A DNA stretch of 64,000 nt from the human T2T-CHM13v2.0 reference genome, Homo sapiens, in the NCBI RefSeq assembly GCF_009914755.1, contig NC_060928.1; one strand, 5' to 3'. Each line of letters begins with the position of its first letter. Within the stretch, counting starts at the first letter, position 1. The notes under the pieces were generated by a model. It did no database searches. It had not been told where the DNA came from and saw only the letters and a list, made by a program, of their open reading frames with translations. Shown here in pieces: positions 1 to 15,180 of this stretch. The position numbers were made by a program, and so were the translations under genes.

Positions 1-160
1 TTCCTGGGACTCACCAGGTTTACAAGGGTTTGGGTAGGGTGTTCTAGGCAAAGGACGTGTTGGGTTTTTTCTTGAATCAGCATTCTAGGCACAGGGTTGC
101 AGATACAGAGGAAGAGATAATGAAGGTCCTGAGAGCAAAAGGAGGAGGCATTGCTTAGAG

Positions 161-688
161 CAGTGGTCCCCAAATTTTTTGGCACCAGGGATCAGTTTTG
201 TGGAAGACACTTTTTTCCACGGATGGGTTGGGGGGATGGTTTCAGGATGATTCAGGTACATTACATTTATTGTGCACTTTATTTCTATTATTATTACATT
301 GTAATATATAATGAAATAATTATACAACTCACCATAATATAAAATCCATGGGAGCCCTGAGCTTGTTATCCTGCAACTATACAGTCCCACCTGGGGGTGA
401 TGGGAGACAGTGACAGATCATCAGGCCTTAGATTCTCATAAGGAACATGCAGCCTAGATCCCTCGCATGTGCAGTTCACAACAGGGTTCAAGCTCCTGTG
501 AGGATCTAATGCTGCTGTTGATCTGACAGGAGGCAGCGCTCGGTGGTAATGCGAGTGATGGGGTGTGGCTGTAAATACAGAGGAAGCTTCACTCGCAGAC
601 CACTCACCTGCTCTGCAGCCGGGTTCCCAACAGGCCCAGTTCCTAACAGGCCGGTACTGGTCTGTGGCCTGGGGGTTGGGGACCCCTG
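161..688. mobile_element. MER1A-like hAT-Charlie non-autonomous DNA transposon
   Basis: TIRs cagtggtcccc ... ggggacccctg; perfect 8-bp TSD GCTTAGAG at 153-160 and 689-696; ~530 bp. Confidence 0.9.
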
Positions 689-1631
689 GCTTAGAGGACA
701 TCATCAGTAGTACTTAGGAATAAGGGCTGAGATAGAACGTGGAGTTTAGCAAAAGATCTAAGTAGAAGCAAGTTTAGGTTGAGGAAATTGAGAGGTGAAA
801 TGTTGGTAGTTATTGTTATAAAGTGGCAGTGAAAGGAATACAGGATGGCAACTAGAGAGACAGGAGGATTAATGAAGATTTTTCTTTTCAGAGGAGGGGA
901 GATATATATTTGTATGAAAGTCAAATGAGTAAAGATGTTGAAGACAATGGGTAGGCCCTAGGAAAAAGAAAGCAAACATGGGGTAGAGACTATGGATTAT
1001 TGGGATATCCAAGGAAAGAAAAGAGGGATGCATGTCTTTTCCTTAAGAAAAGAAAGACGGAATGAAGAGTGGATACAGGAACATTTTGAAAAGCAGAAAG
1101 GAGAAGATCAAATGTTGGATGCCTTCAGTTAGTAAAGTAGGAACTCAGAACCAATGAGCTTCAAGGGATCTTAGAAACAACTTGGTTTAACTCAATTCAT
1201 ATATATTTGTATTTGTATATATTTATATATAATTTGGTATATATACAATTAAATTTTAAACAATAAATTTGTATTCAGTTGAATCTTCACTGAGTTTAAT
1301 AATTCTGTATAGTTTTATAATAGTTACCTTTTGGTCATTTCCTATCACACTTCCCAAAAATGACAGTTCAGATGTGTTCCAGTCACGTTCAGTGTTGTGT
1401 GACTGTGTGTTAGGAATATCCCCATTTAATAGCTGAGAATAAGAAAAGCAATGGGAGTGATTTAGGCCTGGGGAGTGCCAGAGGTCCAGGATGTAGGGAA
1501 TTAGAGAGTCAGTGAAGCCAAGATTGAAGTGGATGACCACAGATTCAGGTCGGCAGGGAAGTGGGCTGGTGAAGATCTAATGGGTTGAGTGGGAATGAGT
1601 ATTGAAACAGAAAGAGCTAAGACATGACTTA

Positions 1632-2111
1632 TGTAGAGACCAAGGGAGAACTTCCCCTCTGCCCTCTGAAGACTTGCCAGAAAAAACTGACAACAGGTAG
1701 ATTAATCGGAGAAATGGCATACAAGTTTATTAACGTGTGGGGTGGGAGGAGGGAGACAGAGTGATTACCTGAACCCCAAGAGGCTCAGAAGCTTATATAC
1801 CATCTTGAGGCAAAGGTGGTCCTGTCATGTAGATGAAACCTCATAGGGAGGAGCCCTCAGAGAGAATAGATGGTGAATATTTCTTTCAGACCTTTAAAAG
1901 TGTCAGACTCTCAGTTAGTCTTTCCTAGATCCAGACAAGAGAGAACCTTCAGAGAAGGCCAGGTTGCATCAATGCAGATTTTCTCTACAGACACAAATCT
2001 ACCTCACAAAAGACAGCTTTGCAGGGCTGTTTGTTTGCAGGCCCTCTGAACAGCCATCTCAAAATATGTCAAAGAAGTATAATTTGGGGTGAAATATTCT
2101 GATTTCCTTCA
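1632..2111 (-). mobile_element. ERV1 solo LTR (MER39/MER34-like)
   Basis: TG...CA ends; minus strand starts TGAAGGAAATCAGAATATTTCACCCCAAA. Confidence 0.75.
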
Positions 2112-2381
2112 CTTGCTAGACCCTGAAGTGGGAGAAAAGAGGGTGCACATTGAGGCTGTGGCCAGTCAAGGGGAGCACACGTGGAATAGTGTGCTTTCAG
2201 GTAAGATCCCTGTGTGTTTGTGCATGGGGCTGCTACTTAGGGATTTTGGTTTGTGAAGTTGAGGAGAAAACAATCCAGAGATCAGTTAACGTCTCTCCTC
2301 CATTTGAGATGTGTGCAGCTTCTTTCATAAATACATTATTATTTTCAAATAAACTTTTAATTTTGGAACAACTTTGATTTA

Positions 2382-3115
2382 TGTAACCACCCCACAGGTT
2401 CTTCTTTCTTGCTGCCCAGATAGAACTGGTTTATCAACACGGGAGAATTGCAATAGAGAAAAAGAGTTTAATGCACACAGAGCCGGCTAAACAGGCGGCC
2501 AGGGTTTTATTATTACTCACATTAACCTCCCTAAAAATTTGGAGGCTAGACTTTTTAAAAGATAGTTTGGTGTGCAGGGGGTTAGAGAATGGGTGCTGCT
2601 GATTGGTTGGGGAGGCAATTGCAGGGGTATGGAAAATGGTCCTTGTATGCTGAGTCCATTTCTGGATGGGGGGGCCACAGGAGTTGCTGGTTTGGGAGGA
2701 GTTATCCAGTCATCAGAAATATAAAAATCTGAAAGTGGTCTATCTTTTAAAAGGCCAATCTTAGCTTCTTTAATAGTGATATTATGTGTAGAAGTAATTG
2801 GAGAAGTTGCAAATCTTGTGATCTCCAGACCAGTGGCTGGTAATTGTTTACATGTAATCACAACAAAATTCAGTCCCCTCTCATAATCCTAAACTTGTGA
2901 CCTTTTATTAGTTTTATAAAGGCAGTTTAGTTTAGGGAAGAGCTGTTATCATTTAACCTGTAAACTAAATTCTTCCAAAGTTAGCTTGGTTCTCACTTGG
3001 GAATGACCATGGGCAGCTTGAAGGTTAAAGGCAAGATAGAGTTGGTTAGGTCAGATTTTTTTTCACTGTTATGATTTTCTCACTGTTACAGTTTTTGTAA
3101 AGGTGGTTGGTTTTA
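2382..3115 (-). mobile_element. ERV1 solo LTR (LTR8-like) inserted into an old L1 3' fragment
   Basis: LTR8-like 5' end on the minus strand; 4-bp TSD TTTA at 2378-2381 and 3116-3119; the flanks rejoin as L1M-type 'tttgatttacagaag'. Confidence 0.75.
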
Positions 3116-3738
3116 TTTACAGAAGCATTACAAAGATTTCTATGTACTTTTCACCGACTTTCCCGTAAGGTTTGTATCTTGCATAACCGTGGTACATCGG
3201 TCAAAACTTAAGAAATTAACATAGCTATAATATCATTTTAGACTGTAGATACTATTCAGAAATTCACTGGTTGTTCCACTATCCATTTACTGCCCTGGGA
3301 TACAATCCGAGATTCAACACTGCATTTAGTCTAGTTTATTTTGTTATTGTAAAAGCCTTATTGTGTTTTTGTAAATTACTTCTTCATTTTGGTACACTTC
3401 ACTACAGGTTGTGCTGATGTCACCTGTAAGTGTAATGAACATTTTCTATAGTTTTTCATCTAGATCTAGGCCATTAATAAAATACTAATGTTTAGATCTA
3501 GATTTCTGGACTACCATTTGGGCTGATACTCCCTAATTGTTGATAAATTATCAGTCAGTATTACCACCTAAATAATTTTCCATGATTCAGCTTTTATCAT
3601 GCACAGCATATTCATTTCATTTAATAACATTTTTTTAAAATGCTGGCTTCCAAAATATCGGCAACCCAGCCAGGTGGTAAGACAGAGCTGGGTTTTTAGC
3701 TTACTGCAGTGAGGAACACTTCCACAGAGCCTTGGTAG

Positions 3739-4120
<382 letters not shown>

Positions 4121-4569
4121 TCAATGTGGGGAATTGATTAGGATTGGGTAAGGGTCACAATATAACAATTTGGGGTTAGTAGATAAGCCAGATAAGGATT
4201 TTGAGGCAAACATTTTCAAAGAGTCTTAGGACTAAACTGTTCATTGATGCTTCCTTTCAAAGAGTTGATGTGTCTTTTAGAAATTCTTGTAAACATCATG
4301 AACTCCTAGCAAGAGTTTCCAGGAATACTCAAGTTATACTAATAAAAGAGTGAATCTAAAGGCATGGTAATGTAATAGTAAGCTATGTGCGGGTTAGGAA
4401 TGGTAGTTAACTTGAGATTTCTAAAGAATATCTGAGGGTTACCATGTGAATTTTCACTTAGTGTTTATGATCTTTAAACAGTTCATTTTCTTATTATTTT
4501 GAGAGATACTACCATAGAATGTCATCAACTACATCAAGCTTTGGATGTGTACCACAGTGGGTTTTTTTG

Positions 4570-5045
4570 ATGCTGTCATCCTAAGGAAGAAGCTGAGGCA
4601 TAACATAGAATTTAAGGACAATACTTGAGCCAAATTTAAAGACTTTACTTGAGCCAAAGTGAGTACACTGCCTGGGACATACTTCCAAGTTGCCTGGGGG
4701 TGTGCCTTGGTTGGCCTTTGTTATAAGCAAGTTTTTAAAGGCAAAAAGGAACAGGGAATGGGCTGGTACAAAGTTGTTTGACAGGAATTCTCATTGCCTT
4801 ACAGAGATAATATTGATGAATGATTGGCTATTCAGTTTTAAAATGTAAGGTATGAGGTACAATGTCTAGTATATGGTATTTTATGGCTACATGGTATCAG
4901 TCCAGAGCCAACATAGCAAGTGGCTCGAAGAGGTAATTGTTTAGCTCAAACGGTGAGAGACATGACTGCTGACACATTTTAAATGCCTCTCGGGGCCTGA
5001 TAATTTAATGAGACTCATATTCTTCAAAATAAAAGTTTCTTTTCC
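4570..5045 (-). mobile_element. ERV1 LTR (MER31/MER67 group)
   Basis: Motif aaatgcctctcggggcctgataattt near the 5' end of the LTR; boundaries approximate. Confidence 0.6.
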
Positions 5046-6151
5046 TTTTTAACACAAACAATATTTTGTTTGTCAAAATATACTGGGGAAAAGTGGGACA
5101 ATTTAATGTCCTCTGGAAAAGTATGAAGAAAAATTAAGATATATACACATGTAGTATGAGTATTCTTTATGTGTTTATGAATTTCATTTTTGTAAAATAG
5201 ACTCTCACATTTCTTCCCAGATAACACAGATAAATACAGGGGTTTGGCATGTTTGTTTTCCTTTAACCATTTTATATTTGGGGATGTCTTTTCCAAAAAT
5301 ACAGATTTTATTTCAGTGTAAAGAACATAGGTCATTTAAGAAATTATAAACATATTTCTTGAGGCTTGGTTTGGTTCTGTGCATTCAGTAAATGCTTGTT
5401 GAGTGCCTATTATAAGCAAGACACTGCTTGAATGTTACTTTTTGGTGGCTTTTTTATACTCTTTGAGAAAAGAGGTGGTGTCAGGATTTGTTTGTTGCTC
5501 AACAACTGATTGTAGAATATATTAATCTCTTGAATTATGGACTTTCCCTGCATGGAATAATGATATAAACTAATTTTTTAGTGCAAAATAATTTATAATT
5601 TGCAAAATACTTGCTTATACTTAATATCAATTTTAGTCTTTTAACAATTATATAGGCAAGGGAGATAGGTTTAGTTTACATATGAGAAAATTGGAATTTG
5701 ACAGCCTAAATGCCCTGCTCAGAATCATGGTATTTAGAGCCAGGATTTACCTTAAATTTTCTAATTAAAAAATGTAAAGGAGAAATCAGATGTGTGGTCC
5801 TAAATGTATAAAATCAATTTAAAACATTAAGAAAATTTTTACTGTTACTACCTTGTGTGACTTTGGACTAATTTGGTCTTTTTGAATCTATGAAATGTTG
5901 GCAGCGGATTAGAAATTTTTAGCTGAAAGCCTGTCATTGGGTGATTTCAGGCGCCTAGATTTAAAACAGCACTTCAAGTGTTTCATCGCTTACTTATGAT
6001 CAATTTCAAGAAATCATTAGCCTTTATTTCATTTTATAGCTGTTTATACTTTATTTGGTTGAGAAATGTTTCAGAACTTATTTAATGAGAATGACATCAC
6101 ATTTTGAAACAACTCTAGAAATGGAGAGGAAGTAATTTCATTAATGACCAA

Positions 6152-6469
6152 TTTTTTTTTTTTTTTTTTTTTTTTTTTGAGGCAGAGTCTCACTCTGTCA
6201 CCCAGGCTGGAGTGCAGTGGCACGATCTTGGGTCACTACAAGCTTCGCCTCCCCCGCTCCCCGTTTCAAGCAACTCTCCCACCTCAGCCTCCCAAGTAGC
6301 TGGGATTACAGGCACGCAGCACAAAAGCCTAGCTAATTTTTGTATTTTTAGTAGAGATGGGGTTTCACCATGTTGGCCGGGCTGGTCTTGAACTCCTGAC
6401 CTCAAGTAATCCACCTGTCTTGGCCTCCCAAAGTGCTGGGATTATGGGCGTGAGCCACTGTGCCCAGCC
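6152..6469 (-). mobile_element. AluS
   Basis: Long poly-T followed by a full dimeric Alu. Confidence 0.92.
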
Positions 6470-7369
6470 AACCAATTGGTTTTTGATCATCCCTGAGATA
6501 CACCAAGTTTATTATGTAAGTATTTACTTATTTTCTTATCCTCAAAATGAGGTGAAAGATATTTTTCAGGTCATGTCATTGAATGTTTGTTTGCTTAAGA
6601 CTTTCTCAGAACTGTCAAGATTTTAAACTTTTAAAATATGAAATTGAAAGGCACAGGATGGGAGAAAAAAGAGTCCAGTCCAGAGTGGACTCTTATCTAT
6701 GGAAATTTATAGCTGCTTTTTGCAAACAACGCAGCTAAGAAAGCAGTGTTGCTTTTCTGCTTCCTGGCTATGGTTGTAGTTCCCTTTATTTGCCGGAACC
6801 CATGGCCAACTATTTAAGAGCTTTCTGCAAGGCTGATGTAGCCAATCTGACTTCATCACCTGGGTGACCCAGGTGGGATCAGACATCTTGACAGTTAAGT
6901 TGTGGCTCACTGCTACCTTCCAGTCCCAAGCAGGTCATTTCACAAACAATATGGGGCTGTCTGTGGGTCAATGAATATTTATTAAGCCCATCTGGAAGTT
7001 CACATTTTATCTCAATATATAAAAATCCAGATTCAGGAAACCAAATTAGACTCGTCTTTCAAGGTTGTGCTTTTTATTTTTTCATCTACTTACTATGCTT
7101 GTACTTGAACCGTCTCAGAGTTGAGGCTTCGAACAATTCTATGGGACACTATTCATGTAGAGTTCAATGTAGATAGTGCCCCCTGGAATTCTGCTTGTAG
7201 TAGTCCCATTTATAATAATGTATACTGCTTTTAATAAATATGAGGTTGGTACAAAAAGGTATACAAAGTATACAAGAAGATAAGGATACTAGCTAGCGAT
7301 CTGGGTGACTTATCCCCTCAGAGGTATTCCTTCTTTGTCTTGATAGGTTTACAACATATGTTTGCATCC

Positions 7370-8075
<706 letters not shown>

Positions 8076-8098
8076 ACCTCAATCAATATATTATTTAG

Positions 8099-8610
8099 TG
8101 TAGGGGAGTGAAAACCCTTCTAGGTTTCTTGGCTGGGCTGCAAATTAAATTGACATAAGACAAGAGAAAAACCATTTTTCTCTTGTTTAATTACATATGT
8201 GCAAAACAAAACAGGAAAGAAGGGTCAGATTTTTGAAGTTTATATAGCACCCTGAGATACTGAACGGAACCTATTCAGCTTCTAAGGGGTGCTGGCCACG
8301 CAAGTTCTGGGAGGGTAAGGGGAGGAAATGCATGGTGAATAAAGGCTGTCTTGTTATGCGGATAGTCTCTCAGGTAATGAAAGTTGTCTCAGAGCAGCTG
8401 TCTTCCTTATACAAATACTTTACTAATGTAGATTTCCTTTATAGATATACATTTTTTTTTTACAAAATAACTGCATTTCAGAGCTACTAATGTGTCTGCA
8501 GTTTCTCAGAATTATAATCTTGAAATATACCAAAGAAGTATATTTTGGGGTGGCATATTCTAGTTCTCTATAGTCATATTTTAGGGTAATATGTCCTGAG
8601 TCTCAATATT
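8099..8610 (-). mobile_element. MER34-like LTR
   Basis: Motif aaagaagtatattttggggtggcatattct, similar to the LTR at 1632-2111. Confidence 0.6.
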
Positions 8611-8754
8611 AGTTTTAAAGTTTTCCCTACTTTTTTATTGTAACTTTTTAATAATATCAAAATGTTAAAAGGTTAGTACAATGATCATCAGCATACCTAG
8701 GACTTAACTGTTATTAAGAGATTGCTAAATTTGCTTTATCTTGCCATATATACA

Positions 8755-9610
8755 CAGTTGGCTCTCCATATCTATGGGTCATTGCTCACTGCAGGCTCAA
8801 CTTCCCAAGCTCAAGTGATCCTCCCACCTCAGCCTCCCGAGTTCCTGGGACCACAGGCATGCACCACCATGCCCAGCTAATTTTTACATTTTTTTTGTAG
8901 AGATGGGGTCTCCCTATGTTGTCCAGGCTGGTCTCAAACTCCTTGGCTCAAGCAGTCCTTCTGCCTCGGGCTCCCAAAGTGCTCTCAAAGGTGAAGCACA
9001 GGATATGAAAACCCTCAAAGCACATCATCCAAGAGGTGGCCAAAATCAGTCTGGTGATGGTCAGTTTTTAGGAAAGGGGTGCATTGTGAAACTGGCAAGC
9101 TGTCATATCAAAGCTGCAAAGAGGGAGAGTCCAGTAGCAGCCTCAGATGACTGGCTAAAGGTGATAAAAGAAAGGGTACTCTGTTTCTTGTTTTCTGGAG
9201 CTGGTTTCTGCTTACTCCTTAGGAAAGAATTCTGGCTAAAGGTTAATAAGGAAGGGGCATACTGAGGCATGTCCAACCTCCTGTCCTATCGTGGCTGGAA
9301 CTCAGTTTCCGAAGTTTCTCTGGTGTCCCTTTGGCCAAGAAGGGGTTTGTTCAGTCAGCTGGGGGGGCTTGGGCTTTTATTTTTATTTCTCAATTATTTA
9401 TAATACCTCATACAATGTAAATTCTACATAAATAGTTGCATACTGTAGTTGTACAATATAGTATGCTGTATTGTTTAGAGAATAATGACAAGAAAAAAAT
9501 CTATGTGTTTAGTACAGATGCAACCACCTTTTTTTCCCCTTTGAATATTTTTCATCTGAGGCTGGTTAAATTCACGAATATGGAACCCACAAATGTGAGG
9601 GGGCCAACCG
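8755..9610. mobile_element. Mosaic: MER2-type TIR, doubly truncated AluJ (~8780-8983), ERV1 LTR fragment (~8985-9392), MER2 3' half (~9393-9610)
   Basis: Each segment is recognisable; the junctions are abrupt. Confidence 0.7.
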
Positions 9611-10231
9611 TACTTGTTTCTCACTCTAAATGAAGGCAAGGCAGAAAAGCTGGAGGCATTATTTATCTTAGCCCTGAAAAAGTGATGTACCTGTGAGAAC
9701 CAATCATTAATAAGATCTCAGGTAAAAAACAAGTTTGGGATGGCAGTAATAATTCAGATTTTGAGTGAAACTCCTTAATTTTCTCTGTTCTTTTGTGTAA
9801 TTCCATGGAGTTTTTTTCTTCTAGTGATCTTTATTCTTAATTTGGAATTTAAGACTTACATAAATGAAACCATACAAAATAGTGTGATCTTAATGTATAA
9901 TAGAATGAGATATCACTGGAGAAAGATCAGAAGGAGCCAAACATCTAGGAAAGTCTTAAAATGGGCCTTAAAATTAAGTAAGATTTGAATATTGTAGATA
10001 GCATCTTAGGAATGGCAAAAAACAGAGCAGCAATACTGTAGCCTGGAAGACTTGGCCCGATTCCATTTGGGGATAGAGAGATGACAGTCATAATTCTCTC
10101 AGCACATACTCACCAAGCTCCTGGTTGCAGGAATGGCCATGGTGGGTGAGACTGCTGGGTGAACAGGCAATCAAAACATGTCATACAAATGTTGGCATGC
10201 GAAGAGTTGCACAAAATGGGCTGAGGAGCTC

Positions 10232-10746
10232 CCCTAGCTTCTGATTGCTGCTAAAACAAATCACTAAAAACTTAGTGTCTTAAAATAATATAAACTTACC
10301 TTACAGTTCTGGAGCTCAGAAGTCCAAAATGGGTCTCCCTAGGCTAAAGTGAAGATGTCCCGGTAGGACCATGTTCCTTCTGCAGGCTGCAGGGGAAAAT
10401 CTGTTTCCTTGCCTTTTCTAGCTTCTAGAGGCTAACAGCATGCCTTGGCTGGTGGCCTCTTACTCCTTGCTCAAAACCAGCATCACTATACCTCTGCTTC
10501 TGTCATCTCTTCTCTGACTCTGATCCTCCAGTCTTCCACTTATAAGGACCCTTGTGATTATATTAGACTCACCTGTATAATCCAGGATAAGCTCACCACG
10601 TCAAGATCAGTTGATTAGCAAACTTAATCCTGCCCACTTCCTTAATTCTCCCTTGAATTGTACCAACATCTTCACATGTTCTGGGATTAAGACGTGAATA
10701 TCTTGGTGGGGGGAGTGGGGAGGGAACCATTATTTTGCCCTTGACA
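10232..10746 (-). mobile_element. MLT1D-like MaLR LTR
   Basis: Motifs ttacagttctggag...cagaagtcc, ccttgccttttctagcttctagaggc, tataaggacccttgtgatta. Confidence 0.8.
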
Positions 10747-11355
10747 GGCTCCCTGAAGAAGAGTTTTCTAGAAATTACATCTAGGCTGATACCTTAAAGA
10801 TAAATAGGCACCAGTCAGGCAAAGCCAGGCTCAAAGAGGAAGAGCGTAAGTTATAAATAGAAGAATACCGTAGCACAATATTGAGAGGCTAAGACTCTTC
10901 ACACTGTGGGGAGCGCAGAAGCTTTAGTTCTGCAGAGCCTGGAGTGGCTGGGTGGGTGTGGCCAAAGCCCTGGCTGGAGAGTAAGAGGAGGCTGGGTTTA
11001 TACCCTGTGATGAGGAGGTAGGTGGATGATGTAATCAGGTTTGCCTTTTACTCAGGCATTTTATGTTATGTTGAGACACATTTGGTTTTCTCTTATCCAA
11101 GCATTGGGATCCACCACAAAGTGTAACTCCTGATTGGATTAGTAAAGTGGTACACTGGACCAACCAGTCACCTCCTTCCTTCAGTGGGGAATAGAACAGG
11201 GCTGCGGAGAAAGATTTGGGGACGAGTCTTTCCCTTTGCAGTTCAAATTAAAAAAAAATAAGGAGGCTTTATCAATTATCATTAATTAGTGTAGGATAGG
11301 ACCACAGAGCTGATGAATGAGGTAACCAGATTTCTGTCTATAAAATACAGTGTTG

Positions 11356-11636
11356 TGGGAGCAGTGGCTCACACCTGTAATCCCAGCACTTTGGGAGGCC
11401 AAGGTGGGAGGATTGCTTGAGTCCAGGAGTTTGAGACCAGCCTGGGCAACATAGGGAGACCCTGTCCCTACAAAAAATAACAAAAAATTAGCCAGGTGTG
11501 GTGGCCCCACCTGTAGTCCCAGCTGCTTGAGTGGCTGAGGTGGGAGGATCGCTTGAGCCTGGGACGGTGAGGCTGTAGTGAGTCATGATAGTGCACTGCA
11601 CTCCAACCTGGGTGACCCTGCCTCAAAAGAAACAAA
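11356..11636 (+). mobile_element. AluJ
   Basis: ggaggattgcttgag diagnostic; TSD approximately aaaa(t)acagtgtt. Confidence 0.9.
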
Positions 11637-11841
11637 ACAGTGTTACTAAGTCCCTTGACTATTCTCTATCATTGTAGAGGCCTTGAGCTTCCTCACTCTT
11701 CGTTCACCAAACTGCTGACTCACTAGGAATTAAATCAGTTTAGTCCTTCTCCCCAGCACAGATAGAAAGCAGTTCCTTCTCTTCACTTCCACTCCTGGGA
11801 GAAAGAGAAGGAATCCATGCCTGTATGAAAACCATGAAGAA

Positions 11842-12199
<358 letters not shown>

Positions 12200-12397
12200 T
12201 CATGTTCTTTCAAGTAAAACTGTTTAGTTTCAAGATTTTTAAAAGGCTGCCTCCTTTCAGGTGTGGAGCTCTATGTCTCTGTGGGTTTCCTTTGGCTTAA
12301 TTGCAAATCTTAATGCTGAACTGAGCTACAGGGATCAGTGTCCACATCAAGGGATTCTTGACGGAAGAGCTGACCCTGGTTTTCTAACTCACTTTTT

Positions 12398-12482
12398 TTC
12401 TTTTTCTTTTTTTTTTTTAATTTTATTATTATTATACTTTTAGGGTACATGTGCACAACGTGCAGGTTTGTTACATATGTAT
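12398..12482 (-). mobile_element. Extremely 5'-truncated L1PA
   Basis: Poly-T plus tagggtacatgtgcacaacgtgcaggtttgttacatatgtata; TSD ACTCACTTTTT at 12387-12397 and 12483-12493. Confidence 0.88.
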
Positions 12483-12639
12483 ACTCACTTTTTAAGGGGC
12501 CAGTTGTAAAAGAGATGAAAAGTATGAGTGATTTAATATATTATCCTTTGTTGCATTTTTAACCACTGCTTTACCTTCATTTGTTTAGAGACTTCCTTTT
12601 GGAGCCATCATCTATTTTTAAAATTTTGATTCTTATTTT

Positions 12640-12768
12640 AATTAATTTATTTTCAGGTGGGATCTTGCTATGTTGCCCAGGGTGGTTTCTAACTTCGGGG
12701 CTCAAGAGGCCCTCCTACCTCAGCTTCCTGAATAGCTGGAAATAGCTGCTTGCCACTGCGCCCAGCTC
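12640..12768 (-). mobile_element. FLAM (Alu monomer)
   Basis: ~130-bp left-monomer-like sequence. Confidence 0.75.
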
Positions 12769-13025
12769 TTTTTTACTTCAACTGACATAATAGTTGTATA
12801 TGTTTATGGAGTACAGTGTCATATTTTGAAACCTGTGTACAGTGTGTAATGATGGAATCATCCTCTTGATGAACTATATCCTTTGTTCCCTGAGCCCCTT
12901 GTCCTTGTTCTTGTCCTTTTTGTCCTCAGTATTGGGAAGCACCTCAGTTCTCTTTCCTGGACTGCTCTTTAAGAGTCCCCATGAACTATAAATGATACTC
13001 ACTAAATTGAGTACACTTAAAGTGC

Positions 13026-13369
13026 TATCTTAGCTCAAGATGTTATAATGAAAATACTGTAGCCTAAACAACAGGAATTGATTTCTTATAAATCTGGAGG
13101 CTGGACATTCAAGATAAACATGCTGGCCAATTTGGTTCCTGCTGGGAGCCCTTTGCAGACAGATAACTTGCTGTGTCCTCCCGTGGTGGAGAGATTATTT
13201 CTTGTGCCTCTTTATAAGGGCACCAAACCCATTTGTGAGTCTCCACCCTAATTACCTAATTGACTTCATTATCTTACAAAGGTTACCTCCAGATAACATT
13301 ACATTGGAAAATTGCACTTCATTGTATAATTTGTTTTTTGGCAGGGACAGAAACATTCATTCCATAGCA
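13026..13369 (-). mobile_element. MLT1A-like MaLR LTR
   Basis: tctggaggctgg...ttcaagat, tttataagggcac, acattcattccatagca. Confidence 0.75.
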
Positions 13370-13390
13370 AATATAATTTGGCAAATTTTG

Positions 13391-13445
<55 letters not shown>

Positions 13446-14820
13446 TATGAAGCCATCATTATAATCAAGATAATGAGCTAGTCTATCACCACTAAAAGTT
13501 TGCCCCTTTTTGTAGTTCTTCCCTCATCCTTAGACACGTACTAATCTGCTTTCTGGCACTATAGATGAGTTTGCATTTTCTGGAATTTTATATAAATGGA
13601 ATAATATAATACGTGTGTGTGTATATATATATATATGTATTACATGTACATTTTGTCTGGCTTCTTTTACTCAGCATAATTATTTTGAGATTCATCCATG
13701 TATCAATTGTTCACTTATTTTTATCACAAGAGAATATTCCACTGTATGAAAGTAACATAATTTGTCCATTTCCCTGTTGGCTATTTGAGTTGTCCCTAGT
13801 TTGGAGCTATTGCGAGTAAAGCTACCATGAACATTTGTGCACAAGTCTTTGCTTGTATCTACACTTCAGTTTATCTTGGGTAAATACCTAGGAGTGAAAT
13901 GGCTGGGTCAGTTGTTGGTTGTATATGTAATTTTTAAAAAAACTGTGATACTGTTTTCCAAACTGGTTGTACTGTTTTACATTCTCACCGGCAGTGCGCA
14001 AGCCTTTCAGTTCCTCCAGATTTTCTCCAACATTTGGTTGTTCAATTTTAAAATTTCACCCATTCTGATAGATGTATGGTAGAATCACATTGTGATTTTG
14101 ACTTGCATTGCCTTAATGACTAATAATGTTGAACATATTTTCATATGTTTATTTACCATCTGTGCATTGCCCCTGAAATGTCTGTCCAAATATTTTGTTC
14201 ATTTATTGTTTCCTTGTCGAATTTTGAGAGTTCTTTATGTATTCCAGATTACAAGTCCTTTGTTAGATATGTGATTTGAAAATATGTTTCGTTCTGTGAC
14301 TTGTCTTCTCATTCTCTTAGTATCTTTTGAGAAAAGAAAATTCTAATTTTGATGAAGTTATATTTATCATTTTTTTGGAGGATAATAATTTTGTTATCAT
14401 ACTAAGAAATTTTTGCCTAACCAAGGTCCCAGAGAGTTTATGTAAGATTTATAGCTTTATATAAATGTCTGATCTGTTTTGATTTAATTTTTATCTGTGG
14501 TGTGAGGTATGGATCAAGGTTTTTTGTTAAAATTGTGCCAGTACCATGTATAGAATTACCTTTGCAACTTTGTTGTCAATCTGTTGACCATATGTATGTA
14601 GGTTTATTTATGGACTATTCTTTTCCATTGATCATTTTGTCTATTTTGTCAATACCACATTGTCTTGATTACAGTAGCTTTATAAGAACTCTTGAAAACA
14701 GGTAATATAAGTCCTTCAACTTTATTCTCTTTCCAAACTTGTTTGGCTCTTCTATGTTCTTTGCATTTTCATAGACATTTTAGAAAAATTTCTTCAAAAA
14801 AGCCTTCTGGGATGTTTACA
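13370..14820 (-). mobile_element. Old L1M (L1MB/ME-like) 3' fragment containing (TA)n at ~13401-13442
   Basis: ttgggtaaatacctaggagtgaaatggctgggtca; ttgcattgccttaatgactaataatgttgaacat. Confidence 0.85.
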
Positions 14821-14837
14821 GAAGAAGGTGATGCTCA

Positions 14838-15180
<343 letters not shown>

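Noticed and set aside
8160-8186. 12-bp perfect hairpin ACAAGAGAAAAA/TTTTTCTCTTGT; similar short stems at ~6669, ~28363 and ~60099
   Set aside because: Short and low-complexity; too weak to distinguish from chance or trivial slippage
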